In this document: piece by piece, positions 37,636 to 50,380 of the stretch
Numbering within the stretch: the stretch's first letter is position 1
Layout of the letters: each line of letters begins with the position of its first letter
Source: Octopus sinensis
Taxonomy: Eukaryota
Length of the DNA: 64,000 nt
Assembly: GCF_006345805.1 (NCBI RefSeq)
Contig: NC_043020.1
Location: 12,834,001 to 12,898,000, forward strand
Direction of reading: 5' to 3'
Notes under the pieces: model-generated
What the model was told of the DNA's origin: nothing
The model's database searches: none
What the model saw: only the letters and a program-made list of their open reading frames with translations
Program-made: the position numbers and the translations under genes

Positions 37636-39178
37636 CGCAGGAGTGGCTGTGTGGTAAGTAGCTTGCTAACCAACCACATGGTTCCGGGCAAGTGTCTTCT
37701 GCTATAGCCTCGAGCCGACCAATGCCTTGTGAGTGGATTTGGTAGACGGAAACTGAAAGAAGCCTGTCGTATATATGTATATATATATATGTGTGTGTGT
37801 GTGTGTTTGTGTGTGTGTGTTTGTCCCCCTAGCATTGCTTGACAACCGATGCTGGTGTGTTTACATCTCCGTCACTTAGCGGTTCGGCAAAAGAGACCGA
37901 TAGAATAAGTACTGGGCTTACAAAGAATAAGTCCTGGGGTCGATTTGCTCGACTAAAGGTGGTGCTCCAGCATGGCCGCAGTCAAATGATTGAAACAAGT
38001 AAAAGAGTAGAAGAGAAAGAGTAAAGAGTATATATATATGTATATGCTGGACCACATGTATGTATTAGTGTTCATTTTCCACATGTCTTTGTGTTAACAC
38101 CATTCAAATGGTGACAAGGTTGTCATGTCCTCAACAAAACTAATGGATCTTCTTGACACTATGGTGCCCCCATTCATTTGCCAATCACTTTACATAGTGG
38201 AACAGGCACTAGTGAGCTTATTCTGCATATGGTTAAATCAGCTAGGCCTTTACTAGTCTGATTGGTTTGTTTAAATAAAATTAAATGTGCCCTTTTAAAG
38301 CCTAGCCAGGCTGATGGGTCCAGTTTCCCAGTTTCTATGGCATATGTGTTCCCCAGATGGACGGGACACCAGTCCATCACAGCGTTACTCATTTTTGCCA
38401 GCTGAGTGAACTGGAGCAATGTGAAATGAAGTGTTTTGCTCAAGAACACGACGTGCTGCCCGGTCCAGGAATCGAAACCAAAATCTTATGATCATGATGT
38501 TGACACCCTAACCACTAAGCCATGTGCCTCCACTAAATGTTACTTCTTGAGCTATGCCAGGCTCATAAGGGCCGGTTTCCCAGTTTCAGTGGTGTAGAAA
38601 TTCCCCACCTGGACGGGACGCCGGTCTGTCGCAGGATTACTCATTTTTGCCAGCTGAGTGGACTGGAGCAACGTGAAGTGAAGTGTTTTGCTTAAGAACA
38701 CAATGCATCGCCTGGTCGGGGAAACGAAACCACAACCTTACAATCATGAGTTCAACACCCTAACCACTAAGCCACGCACATCCACATTGGTTTGTTTACT
38801 CAAGGTAACAGCCACAAGAAGAGAGTGTGATGAAAGAAGAATCAAGAGGGCCCAAGAATATGATGATAGCAGAAACAGAGTGATTGGAGTAAAAAGAATG
38901 ATGACAGACCATAGTGAGAGTGAGTGATGGGTGTCAATAGTAAGTGGCTCAGGGGTGCAGGGGGGGATAACTAGTGGTACTGGAGAGTTAATGAGAATGG
39001 CTAGGATGCTGTTGCACTGGTAGAATAATAGAATAATTTGAGGAGTGATGACTGATAAGAGAGTAGGGATGAGTGATAGAAAAGATGGGTATCAAAGGCT
39101 GCAGATGTAGACTGGACAAGGGCTCACACACACAAACACACACACACACACACATGCATTTTATGTATTTATTTATAG

Positions 39179-39219
<41 letters not shown>

Positions 39220-39355
39220 TATTTTGTTTTCTACTGCAGACAGATAGAATATTGCAAACTTGGGTCCTAAATGGGAACCCATGGTTGGTACATCTAGCCT
39301 TTATATAGTTTGCCTAGTGAGAGGTGCATATACATATGAACACACACGCACGCAT

Positions 39356-39398
<43 letters not shown>

Positions 39399-39774
39399 CA
39401 CACATTTATAGTCATGGTACCTGAAAATGGTAGGGGAAAGAGAAATAGCAATAAAATTATTTATAAGAAGTAGGGATGAGAAAGGACCTTCCACAATCTT
39501 CCCAGTCTTCTGTTGTTCTAACTGTCACACAGAACCCCCACCTCCCTGTTGTAGATGTACATAAGACAGGAATAGAAAGACAAGTGTGAGCAAATGGGGA
39601 AGAATTTGAAGATATAATTAGTTGGAGGTATAATTAGTGACAGCAAATTAATGAAGACTAGGGGTAGGGTGGGGTGAGTAGCGTACATAAAGCTTGCTTA
39701 GTGAACTTTAAATATGTGTTTGTCTGTATTAATCTCTCTTTCAAATTATATATACATATATAATATATATATTT

Positions 39775-39889
39775 AAAAAAAGGAATAGAAATAGCTTTTC
39801 TGATAATTCTTCCACTTTAATAATTAGTATAAGCATCTAATTATTAAAGTTGTAAAATTATCAGGAAAGCCATTTCTATTCATTTTTTT
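39775..39889. repeat. Imperfect fold-back, about 52-bp arms, 9-nt loop
   Basis: AAAAAAGGAATAGAAATAGCTTTTCTGATAATT...CTTTAATAATTAG pairs with 39837-39889, with a few mismatches. Confidence 0.8.
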
Positions 39890-39934
39890 CAAATATATAA
39901 TACTGTACCAAGGAATTTTTAATTCTTATTCTAC

Positions 39935-40009
<75 letters not shown>

Positions 40010-40021
40010 ATATAATATATA

Positions 40022-40072
<51 letters not shown>

Positions 40073-40169
40073 ATCCAAACATGAAAACACAAAGAGAAAA
40101 CACAACAACACGAGGACGTGGAACAAGTATAGTGTTATTGGACGCTCAGGAAAGGAAGAAAGATGGAGG

Positions 40170-40204
40170 ATTTAACGTTTCGAGCGGAGCTCTTCGTCAG
40201 AAAC
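40170..40204 (-). ncRNA. Minimal type I hammerhead ribozyme motif with canonical core, in a ~205-bp element (40069-40272)
   Basis: Minus strand GTTT CTGACGA A GAGC TCC GCTC GAAA CG T T AAAT. Intact CUGANGA and GAAA, extra A after A9, 4-bp helix II, palindromic ACGT helix III (dimer type), GUU cleavage site, helix I GTTT/AAAT. Confidence 0.7.
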
Positions 40205-40476
40205 ATAGGAAAAGGAAAGATCCAAGGAAGGGAAGACGGAGGAAAAAAAATCACCAACGATACACACGTGGTCGAGCAGTCAGCTGTAGAAACCCTACTA
40301 ATATAGAAATTTGAGCTTGTCACAGACCTCTGACCAGTTGAATCATGGTAAACTGTCTAACCCATACCAGCATGGAATACAGAGGTTAAATGATGAAGAT
40401 ACATGTTACATATTTTAGTTGTTCTTTCAGCTGTAAATCAATATACTGATCCAGTAGACCTCTTATGACTACAGTT

Positions 40477-41550
40477 TGTAATGCCCCATACTGTCCCCTT
40501 TTTGTTTAGTCCCTTTGTGGATAATGAAAAATCAACAGTTAAAAAAAAATTTACTCCACTTTGTAATGTCCTGTACTGTCCCCTCTTTGTTTAGTCCCTT
40601 TGTGGATAATGAAGAATCAACAGTTAAAAAAAAATTTACCCCACTTTGTAATGTCCTGTACTGACCCCTCTTTGTTTAGTCCCTTTGTGGATAATGAAGA
40701 ATCAACCGTTGAAAAAAAAATTACCCCACTTCGTAATGTCTGTACTGTCCCCTTTTTTGTTTAGTCCCTTTGTGGATAATGAAGAATCAACAGTTACAAA
40801 AAAATTTACCCCACTTTGTAATGTCCTGTACTGTCCCCTCTTTGTTTAGTCCCTTTGTGGATAATGAAGAATCAACCGTTGAAAACAAAATTACCCCACT
40901 TTGTAATGTCCTGTACTGTCCCCTTTTTTGTTTAGTCCCTTTGTGCATAATGAAGAATCAACAGTTACAAAAAAATTTGCCCCACTTTGTAATGTCCTGT
41001 ACTGTCCCCTTTTTGTTTAGTCCCTTTGTGGATAATGAAGAATCAACCGTTGAAAAAAAAATTACCCCACTTCGTAATGTCTGTACTGTCCCCTTTTTTG
41101 TTTAGTCCCTTTGTGGATAATGAAGAATCAACCGTTGAAAAAAAAATTACCCCACTTTGTAATGTCCTGTACTGTCCCCTTTTTTGTTTAGTCCCTTTGT
41201 GGATAATGAAGAATCAACAGTTAAAAAAAAATTTACCCCACTTTGTAATGTCCTGTACTGACCCTCTTTGTTTAGTCCCTTTATGGATAATGTAGAATCA
41301 ACAGTTAAAAAAAATTACCCCACTTTGTAATGTCCTGTACTGTCCCCTCTTTGTTTAGCCCCTTTATGGATAATGTAGAATCAACAGTTAAAAAAAATTA
41401 CCCCACTTTGTAATGTCCTGTACTGACCCTCTTTGTTTAGTCCCTTTATGGATAATGAAGAATCAACAGTTTTCAAAAATTACCCCACTTTGTAATGTCC
41501 TGTATTGTCCCCTCTTTGTTTAGTCCCTTTGTGGATAATAAAGAATCAAC
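40477..41550. repeat. Minisatellite, about 13 copies of an 84-86 bp unit containing a SINE 3' tail
   Basis: Unit TGTAATGTCCTGTACTGTCCCCTCTTTGTTTAGTCCCTTTGTGGATAATGAAGAATCAACAGTTAAAAAAAAATTTACCCCACTT. The central 40 bp match the SINE-A tail TGTCCCCTCTGTGTTTAGCCCCTTGTGGGTAATAAAGAA. Confidence 0.93.
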
Positions 41551-41759
41551 CTTTTTTCTTCATTAGACATAGTATACCTAAGTATACCATTCAATGCATC
41601 CTTTATTTTTAAACTTGTTTCAGGCATTAGACTGCACCCTAAGGAGTGATGCCTGTCACCTCATTACCAGCAATTAAGGTAGGGAGAACATAAAAGAGAA
41701 AGTTGACAGAAACCATAAACATTTTCAGAGTTGAAACCGGTAGAACAGGTAGAACTGGT

Positions 41760-41900
41760 AGGGCAGAGAAATTTCCTATTCTAATGTGTGATGATGATTC
41801 ATACTCAGAATTGTCAAAGCATGGAATAAACTACCTACAGCAGTTGTTAGCTATCAGGACACAGCATCCTTTAAAAATTCCATTCTTTCCAAAATTCACC
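41760..41900 (+). mobile_element. CR1/L2-type LINE 3' coding remnant
   Basis: AGAATTGTCAAAGCATGGAATAAACTACCT = RIVKAWNKLPTAVVS, the conserved C-terminal motif of CR1/L2 ORF2. Confidence 0.45.
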
Positions 41901-42736
41901 AATGCGACTCCTGACATACCTTTATGGCTCTTTTACTGTTATATACTATGCATGCTTCCCTTCTCTACATTATTGTATACTGTGTATATACTCTTTTACT
42001 TGTTTCAGTCATTTGACTGTGGCCATGCTGGAGCACCACCTTTAGTCGAGCAAATCAACCCCAGCACTTATTCTTTGTAAGTCTAGTACTTATTCTATCG
42101 GTCTCTTTTCCAAACAACTAAGTTACGGGGACGTAAACACACCAGCATCGGTTGTCAAATGATGTTGGGGGGACAAACAGACACACAAACACATACACAC
42201 ATATATATACATATATATGACAGGCTTCTTTCAGTTTCCATCTTCCAAATCCACTCACAAAGTTTTGGTCGGCCCGAGGCTATAGTAGAAGACACTTGTC
42301 CAAGGTGCCACGCAGTGGGAATGAACCCGGAACCATGTGGTTGGTAAGCAAACTACTTACCACACAGCCACTCCTATATAAATTTTTTTCTCTCATTTCA
42401 TTATATGTAAACCCTCGCACTTGATGTCTGTCATTATATTATTCCCTTCATCCTTTGCCCTGATGGCAAATAAAAGAATCATTATAATTATTATTGTTTT
42501 TATTATTAAGCTAGTACATGCTATTTTGATTATCCTGCGGTTTGGTGACAATAAATCTTCTTAAATTTAAAGAATTTTTCTTAGGCTTTTTGCAGAATAA
42601 CAGGTGGTACTTTTCTGCAGGTTACAAAGAAAGCCTGATTTCCAATATCCTTCAGTATTTTAGGTAGCATTTTGGGTTATTATTATTATTATTATTATTA
42701 TTATCATTATTATTATTATTATTATTATCATTATTA

Positions 42737-42783
<47 letters not shown>

Positions 42784-42786
<3 letters not shown>

Positions 42787-42967
42787 TAGTCTTATTTTTA
42801 TCAAGTGCTTTCACTGCCTTGGGTATGTGCTGTGGTTTGTTGTGGTGCTCTTATTTTTACTGTATTGAAAGTGTTTTACGTTGGTTGTGTGCAGTGCCTA
42901 GTAGTGCTATTTTCTGTATGTTATATATACTTGTTAGTCCTGGTGTTTTTGTTATGTATTTGTCTGA
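42784..42967 (-). mobile_element. 3' fragment of a second RLE-type LINE variant
   Basis: Minus strand SDKYITKTPGLTSIYNIQKIALLGTAHNQRKTLSIQ*, then a UTR and an (AAT)n tail (42678-42783). Confidence 0.75.
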
Positions 42968-43418
42968 ATATACATATATACAATGGGCTTCTTTCAGTTT
43001 CTGTCTACTAAATCCACTCACAAGGCTTTGGTCGGCCCGAGGCTATAGTAGAAGACACTTGCCCAAGGTGCCACTCAGTGGGACTGAACCCGGAACCATG
43101 TGGTTCATAAGCAAGCTACTTACCACACAGCCACTCCTACACCAATGAAACTAGGAAACCAGCCCTTATGAGCCGAGCATGGCTCGAGAAGGAACAAATA
43201 ACAACAAGTAATTCTTTCTACTACAGACATAAGGCTTGAAACTATTTAGAGGGGTAGAGGTAAGTAGATTACATCAACTTCGGTGCTCAACTGGTGCTTA
43301 TGTCTTTAATAACAAAAGAATGGAAAATAAAGTTGACCACAGCAATATTTGAACTCAAGAAGTAAAGACACACAAAATGCTGCTAAGAATTTTGTTTACC
43401 ATTCTAGCGATTTTGCCA

Positions 43419-43750
43419 GGAGAGCATCATAGCCACGTGTTGAAAGGAATTCTTTGGGGTTTGAATAATTCACTTCTGGAAACATGGGTGTTTCGTTCAT
43501 CATCCTCAAACAAACCTTATTCAGGGACCTTTTGAGTGGGTTGGCTACTCGACTTGAAGAAAATTCTAACTGGACTCCCATCTGCAAGGTCATGCACTGT
43601 TAATCATGATATGAGATCACCATGTCTTGCATATATGGTTGTGCATGCACTTGGTGTACCCTTATCACATGGGTAGTCATGATGGGTATACTGGGTTTTG
43701 TATATTTGTACCCCAGAACCACTTTGATGGCATGTGCTGCTCTCTCACTC
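43419..43750 (+). mobile_element. Family E copy, 5'-truncated and more diverged
   Basis: Starts at GGAGAGCATCATAGCC; same 3' end with a short AAT tail. Confidence 0.8.
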
Positions 43751-45125
43751 AATAATAATATTTCAAATTTTAGTAAAAGGTCAGTAAGTACGAAGCTGGC
43801 AGTAAGTTGATTACATCAACCCCAGTACTCAACTGGTACTTATTTTATCAACCCCAAGAGAATGAAAGGCCTCAGTGGAATTTGGGGGATGTGACTCATC
43901 GATTACATTGACCCCAGGCAACGCTGCTAATGATTATGCTCAAATGGTGTAATTTATATGCCACCAGCATGTGCCGTGCCACCAAATAATAGTAATGATG
44001 AAGTTTTTGATACAGGCAAAATCCTGAGGCCAGCAGTTTTATGAGTAGTGAGGATTAGTTAATACTATTGACCCAATATCTGACTGGTATCTTATTTTAT
44101 TGTCTTTATGAAAAATCAAGTTGACCTTGCTGATATTTGAACTCAGAATGTATATCACCAGAAGTAAATAATACAAGGCATATTTGCTAATGCTCAAAGG
44201 ATTCTGCCAATCCAATGCCATTTTTGTCGTGGTGGGCAAGGACAGACATTTTAAAAGAAACCAACAGTTAACCTTTACCTATAAAAGGATGAGAGACAAA
44301 AGCTACCAGTCAGTATTTCAACTGTGAATAAAAAGAAAATATCACCATCATTTAACATCCATGATCCATGCTGGCATGGGTTAGACTGGATCTGATAGGT
44401 CCAATGGCTGTATCATATTTCTATATTTGTTTTAGCTTTGTATCTACTGCTGGATGCTTTTCCTAATATCAAGCACTTAACAGAATGTACTGGGCACCAG
44501 CACTAGTGAGGTTGTCATGTAGCTTGCAAAACTAAGATTCTCTTCAAATGACTGGAGTTACAGTAGAAGGGGAGACAGTTTAATGTTATGGGATGAGAAA
44601 TTAAAGTGACAGTGAAGTATCCAGAGCAGAACAGGTTTGTTAGTAAAATAATTATTAGCAACAAAGGTAGTTTTAATACTGAAAGGTAATATTTATCCCC
44701 ACTTAAACCTGGATGTTCTGTTAGAACAAACTATACTGTGGTCGATTCCATGAGAGAAACTCTCATATTGGCTTTTGGTGTAAAATGCACTCTTGTTGAT
44801 ATCGTTAGCAGGGAGATAAATTTCTGCCATTTTCAGTGCTGAGACCACCAGATCACGTGATTTCAACCTCCCTTGGTCTTGTCAGTGATGGAATCTCCCT
44901 GCCAGTGACATGTAGAACAACAGTGCCAGAACAGGCACTGGTGTTATCATTAGCCAGTGAGCTTGTTCAAAAATATATACTAGCAACAGAGGTATTATTA
45001 ATACAGAGACGATGAAAGGTAAAGTCAGTGTCAGTGGAATTTGAACTCAGTAAGTGAGGATGGATAAAATGCTGCTAAGCGCTTTGTCCAGTGTGCTAAT
45101 GATTCTGTCAGCTAGCCACCTTAAC

Positions 45126-45195
<70 letters not shown>

Positions 45196-45197
45196 TT

Positions 45198-45749
45198 CAG
45201 TACCAAGCAGTGGCTCTTGTGGCTTCTGATCTTAACTGATTGGAAGTGTTATCATGTACATTGTTTTGTCTTGGTATAAAAGATGGGCTACAGCAAATAT
45301 TCTGCTCAATACCACAGATTTACAGATTTGCTTGTCAGTTGTTTGACCTTAATCAGTTGAGCATGTCCCTTAGTGGCTGACGATATGTGCATTTCTGATC
45401 ACGAGCAGAAGTAGTGAGGGAGCATCATAGCCATGTGTTGAGAGGGATTCTTTGGGGTTTTAATAATTCACTTCTGGAAACATGGGTGTTTTGTTCAACA
45501 TCCTTAAACAACCGTTATTCAGGGACCTATTGAGTGGGATGGGTTACTCGACCAGATGAAAATTCTAACTGGGCCCCACCTGCAAGGCCATGTACTGTTT
45601 ATCTTGATATGAAATCACCATGTCGTGCACATATGGTTGTGATGCATGGGCCTGGTTTACCCTTATCAGACGGGTAGTCATGAGGGGAAACTGGGCTTCG
45701 TATATTTTACCCCAGTGTCACTTTGATGGCATGTACTGCTCTCTCACTC
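45198..45749 (+). mobile_element. Family E copy, slightly 5'-truncated
   Basis: Aligns to 46609-47158; same 3' end; (AAT)n on both sides. Confidence 0.85.
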
Positions 45750-45784
45750 AATAATAATAATAATAATAATAATAGAATTGCGTT

Positions 45785-46072
45785 CACTAAGAGGTGGTAG
45801 CTACGAGAGTCAAACATAAAGGTTATCCCTATTGTCATCGGAGCATTGGGTTCAATACCACCCAATCTGGAAAAAAAACATCTGAAAATCTTAGAAATAT
45901 CCTAAATCTAGGTGTATTGCAAAAGTCGGCATTACTTGGAACTGCATGCATATTGCATAAAGTACTGTCTGTTTGAGGCCCTAGTTACGACTTGACAAAC
46001 AGTGCAAACCCCCGATAGTCACAATATCCTCAGACAACAACCTCATGATATTGTATACTGTGTGACGTCTAT
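45785..46072 (+). mobile_element. 3' fragment of a restriction-endonuclease-type non-LTR retrotransposon (R4/Dong/HERO-like) in (AAT)n
   Basis: Disrupted frames give KVIPIVIGALGSIPPNLEKKHLKIL and LGVLQKSALLGTACILHKVLSV*, followed by a short UTR and (AAT)n. Confidence 0.8.
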
Positions 46073-46109
46073 AATAATAATAATAATAATGATAATAATA
46101 ATAATAATA

Positions 46110-46140
<31 letters not shown>

Positions 46141-46494
46141 TTTGGCAGAAGGTTCAGTTTTAAAGGGATAGGGAAGTCAATTACATTGGACCTGGTACTT
46201 AAATGGTACTCTAATTAATCAGTCCTGAAAGGATGAAAGGTAAATTGACCTCAGCAGGATTTGAACTCAGAACATGAAGGGATAGAACAAATACAGCAAG
46301 CATTGGTACAAGGTCATGCATTAGTTTTGATTGTGTTGGGGGGGGGGGGGGTTAATAACACTAAAGATTTCAAACAGCACGAAGCAACACATTTTGCCAG
46401 AGTTGTAGTAACTTAATTCGAAACCCAGTATATAACTGGTATAACTGCATCCACCCTGGAAGGATGAGAAACAAAACTGAGCCCAAAGACACTT

Positions 46495-46546
<52 letters not shown>

Positions 46547-46549
46547 GTA

Positions 46550-46608
<59 letters not shown>

Positions 46609-46609
<1 letters not shown>

Positions 46610-47158
46610 CCCTGATGCAGTACCAGGCAGTGGCTCTCATGGCTTCTGATCTTAACTGGTTGGAAGTGTTATCATGTACATTGTTTTGTCTTGGTATAAA
46701 AGATGAGCTACAGCAAATATTCTGCTCAATACCACAGATTTGCTTGTCAGTTGTTTGACCTTAACCAGTTAAGCATGTCCCTTAGTGGCTGACGATATGT
46801 GCATCTCTGATCACGAGCAGAAGTAGTGGGGGAGCATCATAGCCATGTGTTGAGAGGGATTCTTTGGGGTTTGAATAATTCACCTCTGGAAACATGGGTG
46901 TTCTTTCAACATCCTTAAACAACCCTTATCAGGGACTTTTTGAGCAGGATGGGCTACTCAACCTGAAGAAAATTCTAACTGGGCCCCACCTGCAAGGTCA
47001 TGTGCTGTTTATTTTGATATGAGATCACCATGTCGCGAATATGGTTGTGATGCATGTGCCTGGTGTACCCTTATCAGACGGGTAGTCATGATGGGTATAT
47101 TGGGCTTCATATATTTTACCCCAGTGTCACTTTGATGGCATGAACTGCTCTCTCACTC
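46609..47158 (+). mobile_element. 550-bp (AAT)n-embedded element, longest copy (family E)
   Basis: Flanked by (AAT)n on both sides; ends CTCTCTCACTC(AAT)n; no tRNA head and no long ORF seen. Confidence 0.85.
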
Positions 47159-47214
<56 letters not shown>

Positions 47215-47229
47215 TAATAATAATAATAA

Positions 47230-47590
47230 AAGATAGTGCTCATGGGAACTGCTCATATCCTACACAAAATACTTTCTATGTAATCTCAAGTTTTAAAACA
47301 AACATGATTTTCAAATGGTTTTTTAGGCATTCACTAGTACAACACTTAGTACAAAACCAAATATATGGCACCCAAGGCATAACACTAACATGAACTTCCA
47401 ACTTGTAGTCTCTTGAGGTCTCTGGGTGAGACTTGGAGCCAGCTTGTGCAAATGTAAAGCAAAAGTCAAATATGTAAAGTACTGTCTGTCTGAGGTCCTT
47501 GTTGTGACTTGATAAACTGTGCAAACCCCTGGAAGACACAATATCTTCAACCAACAACCTCATGATATCGTATACTGTGCAATGTCTACT
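47230..47590 (+). mobile_element. Two abutting RLE-type LINE 3' fragments
   Basis: KIVLMGTAHILHKILSM* (47230-47283) plus UTR to about 47470, followed at once by a KVLSV* end and UTR homologous to 45960-46070. Confidence 0.75.
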
Positions 47591-47986
47591 ATACTTTTTA
47601 CTCTTTTACTTGTTTCAGTCATTTGACTGTGGCCATGCTGGAGCACCGCCTTCAGTCGAGCAAATCGACCCCAGTACTTATTCTTTGTAAGCCTAGTACT
47701 TATTCTATCGGTCTCTTTTGTCGAACTGCTAAGTTACGGGGGACATAAACACACCAGCATCGTTTATTAAGCAATGTTGGGGGGACAAATGCAGACCACA
47801 CAAACATATACACACACATACATACATATATACAACAGGCTTCTTTCAGTTTCCGTCTACCAAATCCACTCACAAGGCTTTGGTCAGTCCGAGGCTATAG
47901 TAGAAGACACTTGCCCAAGGTGCCATGCAGTGGGAGTGAACCAGGAAAACCATGTGGTTGGTAAGGAAGCTACTTACCACAATAAT

Positions 47987-48178
47987 GAAATTCTAACTGG
48001 GCCCCACCTGCAAGGTCATGTGCTGTTTATCTTGATATGAGATCACCATGTCGCTCACATATGGTTGTGATGCATGTGCCTGGTGTACCTTTATCAGACG
48101 GGTAGTCATGATGGGTATATTGGGCTTCGTATATTTTACCCCAGTGTCACTTTGATGGCATGAACTGCTCTCTCACTC
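47987..48178 (+). mobile_element. Family E 3' fragment
   Basis: GAAATTCTAACTGGGCCCC to CTCTCTCACTC(AAT)n, directly after a SINE-B copy. Confidence 0.8.
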
Positions 48179-48214
<36 letters not shown>

Positions 48215-48405
48215 TATAATGATTTCAAATTTTGGCACAATTTTGGTGGCGGGGATAAGATGATTACATTGACCTTAATGTTCAACTGTTACTTATTTTA
48301 CGAACACCAAAAGGATGACAGGCAAAGTCAACCTTGTAACATTTGAATTCAGTGTGTAAAGACAGATATGCCCTAGGCATTTTGTCTGATGATAAAATGA
48401 TGATG

Positions 48406-48450
<45 letters not shown>

Positions 48451-48555
48451 TTAATAATAATAATAATGATAATAATAATAATAATAATGATAATAATAAT
48501 AATAATAATGATAATAATAATAATAATGATAATAATAATAATAATAATAATAATA

Positions 48556-48603
<48 letters not shown>

Positions 48604-48612
48604 ATGATAATA

Positions 48613-48671
<59 letters not shown>

Positions 48672-48672
<1 letters not shown>

Positions 48673-49169
48673 GTGTTATCATGTACATTGTTTTGTCTTG
48701 GTATAAAAGATGGGCTACAGCAAATATTCTGCTCAATACCACAGATTTGCTTGTCAGTTGCTTGACCTTCACTAGTTGAGCATGTCCCTTAGTGGCTGAC
48801 GATATGTGCGTCTCTGATCACGAGCAGAAGTAGTGGGGGAGCATCATAGCCATGTGTTGAGAGGGATTCTTTGGGGTTTGAATAATTCACCTCTGGAAAC
48901 ATGGGTGGTTCTTTCAACATCCTTAAACAACCGTTATTCAGGGACCTTTTGAGCGGGATGGGCTACTCAACCAAAAGAAAATTCTAACTGGGCCTCACCT
49001 GCAAGGTCATGTGCTGTTTATCTTGATATGAGATCACCATGTCGCGCACATATGGTTGTGATGCATGTGCCTGGTGTACCCTTATCAGACGGGTAGTCAT
49101 GATGGGTATATTGGGCTTCGTATATTTTACCCCAGTGTCACTTTGATGGCATGCACTGCTCTCTCACTC
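48672..49169 (+). mobile_element. Family E copy, 5'-truncated
   Basis: Starts at AGTGTTATCATG; same 3' end; (AAT)n on both sides. Confidence 0.85.
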
Positions 49170-49204
<35 letters not shown>

Positions 49205-49209
49205 TAACA

Positions 49210-49822
49210 ATCCTTTCTATTATAGACACAAGGCCTGAAATTTGGGGAGGGGACAGCCAATTACATCAACTCCAGCACACAAACTAGTAGTAGATTATAT
49301 AGACCCCAATGTGTAACTGGTACTTAGTTAATCGACCCCGAAAGGATGAAAGGCAAAGTCGACCTTAGTGGAATTTGAACTCAGAACGTAGCGGCAGACG
49401 AAATACCTATTTGTTTACTACCCACAAGAGGCTAAACACAGAGAGGACAAACAAGGATAGACAAACGGATTAAGTCGATTACATCGACTCCAGTGCGTAA
49501 CTGGTACTTAATTTATTGACCCCGACAGGATGAAAGGCAAAGTCGACCTCAGTGGAATTTGAACTCAGAATGTAGCGGCAGACGAAATACCTATTTCTTT
49601 ACTACCCACAAAGGGCTAAACACAGAGGGGACAAACAAGGATAGACAAACGGATTAAGTCAATTACATCGACCTCAGTGCGTAACTGGTACTTAATTTAT
49701 TGACCCCGACAGGATGAAAGGCAAAGTCGACCTCAGCGGAATTTGAACTCAGAACGTAACGGCAGACGAAATACCGCTAAGCATTCGCCCGGCGTGCTAA
49801 CGTTTCTGCTAGCTTGCCACCT
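49210..49822 (-). mobile_element. Tandem SINE-A multimer (about 185-bp period)
   Basis: One full head followed by head-less repeats joined at GAAATAC|CTATTT. Confidence 0.82.
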
Positions 49823-49997
49823 AAAATACTTCTAGGCCAAAGAATCTAGACCAGTTCTCCACAACTGGTGTGTCACAAGATGATGCGAGGTGTGGCACTG
49901 TTATATCGCAATACTACACCGTGGCTGTGTGAGCTACAAAATCCTTGTCTCCACTGTTATATCGCACATTCGTATGACCTCTACTCAACTTTGATGT

Positions 49998-50380
49998 GGA
50001 GGCGCAATTACCCAGTGGTTAGGGCAGCGGACTCGCGGTCGTAGGATCGCAGTTTTGATTTCCAGACCAGGCGTTGTGAGTGTTTATTGAGCGAAAACAC
50101 CTAAAAGCTCCACGAGGCTCCGGCAGGGGATGGTGGCGATCCCGCTGTACTCTTTCACCACAACTTTCTCTCACTCTTACTTCCTGTTTCTGTTGTACAT
50201 GTATTTCAAAAGGGCCGGCCTTGTCACTCTCTGTGTCACGCTGAATATCCCCGAGAACTACGTTAAGGGTGCACGTGTCTGTGGAGTGCTCAGCCACTTA
50301 CACGTTAATTTCACGAGCAGGCTGTTCCGTTGATTCGGATCAACCGGAACCCTCATCGTCGTAACCGACGGAGTGCCTCC
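49998..50380 (+). mobile_element. tRNA-derived SINE family C (long tail), 15-bp TSD
   Basis: Head GGAGGCGCAAT-CCCAGTGGTTAGGGCAGCGGACTC...GATTTCCAGACC. TSD ACTCAACTTTGATGT at 49983-49997 and 50381-50395. Long-tail copies also at 30413-30790(-) and 53113-53492(+); short-tail copies at 16246-16550(+), 35734-36035(+), 38270-38532(-), 38555-38780(-). Confidence 0.85.
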
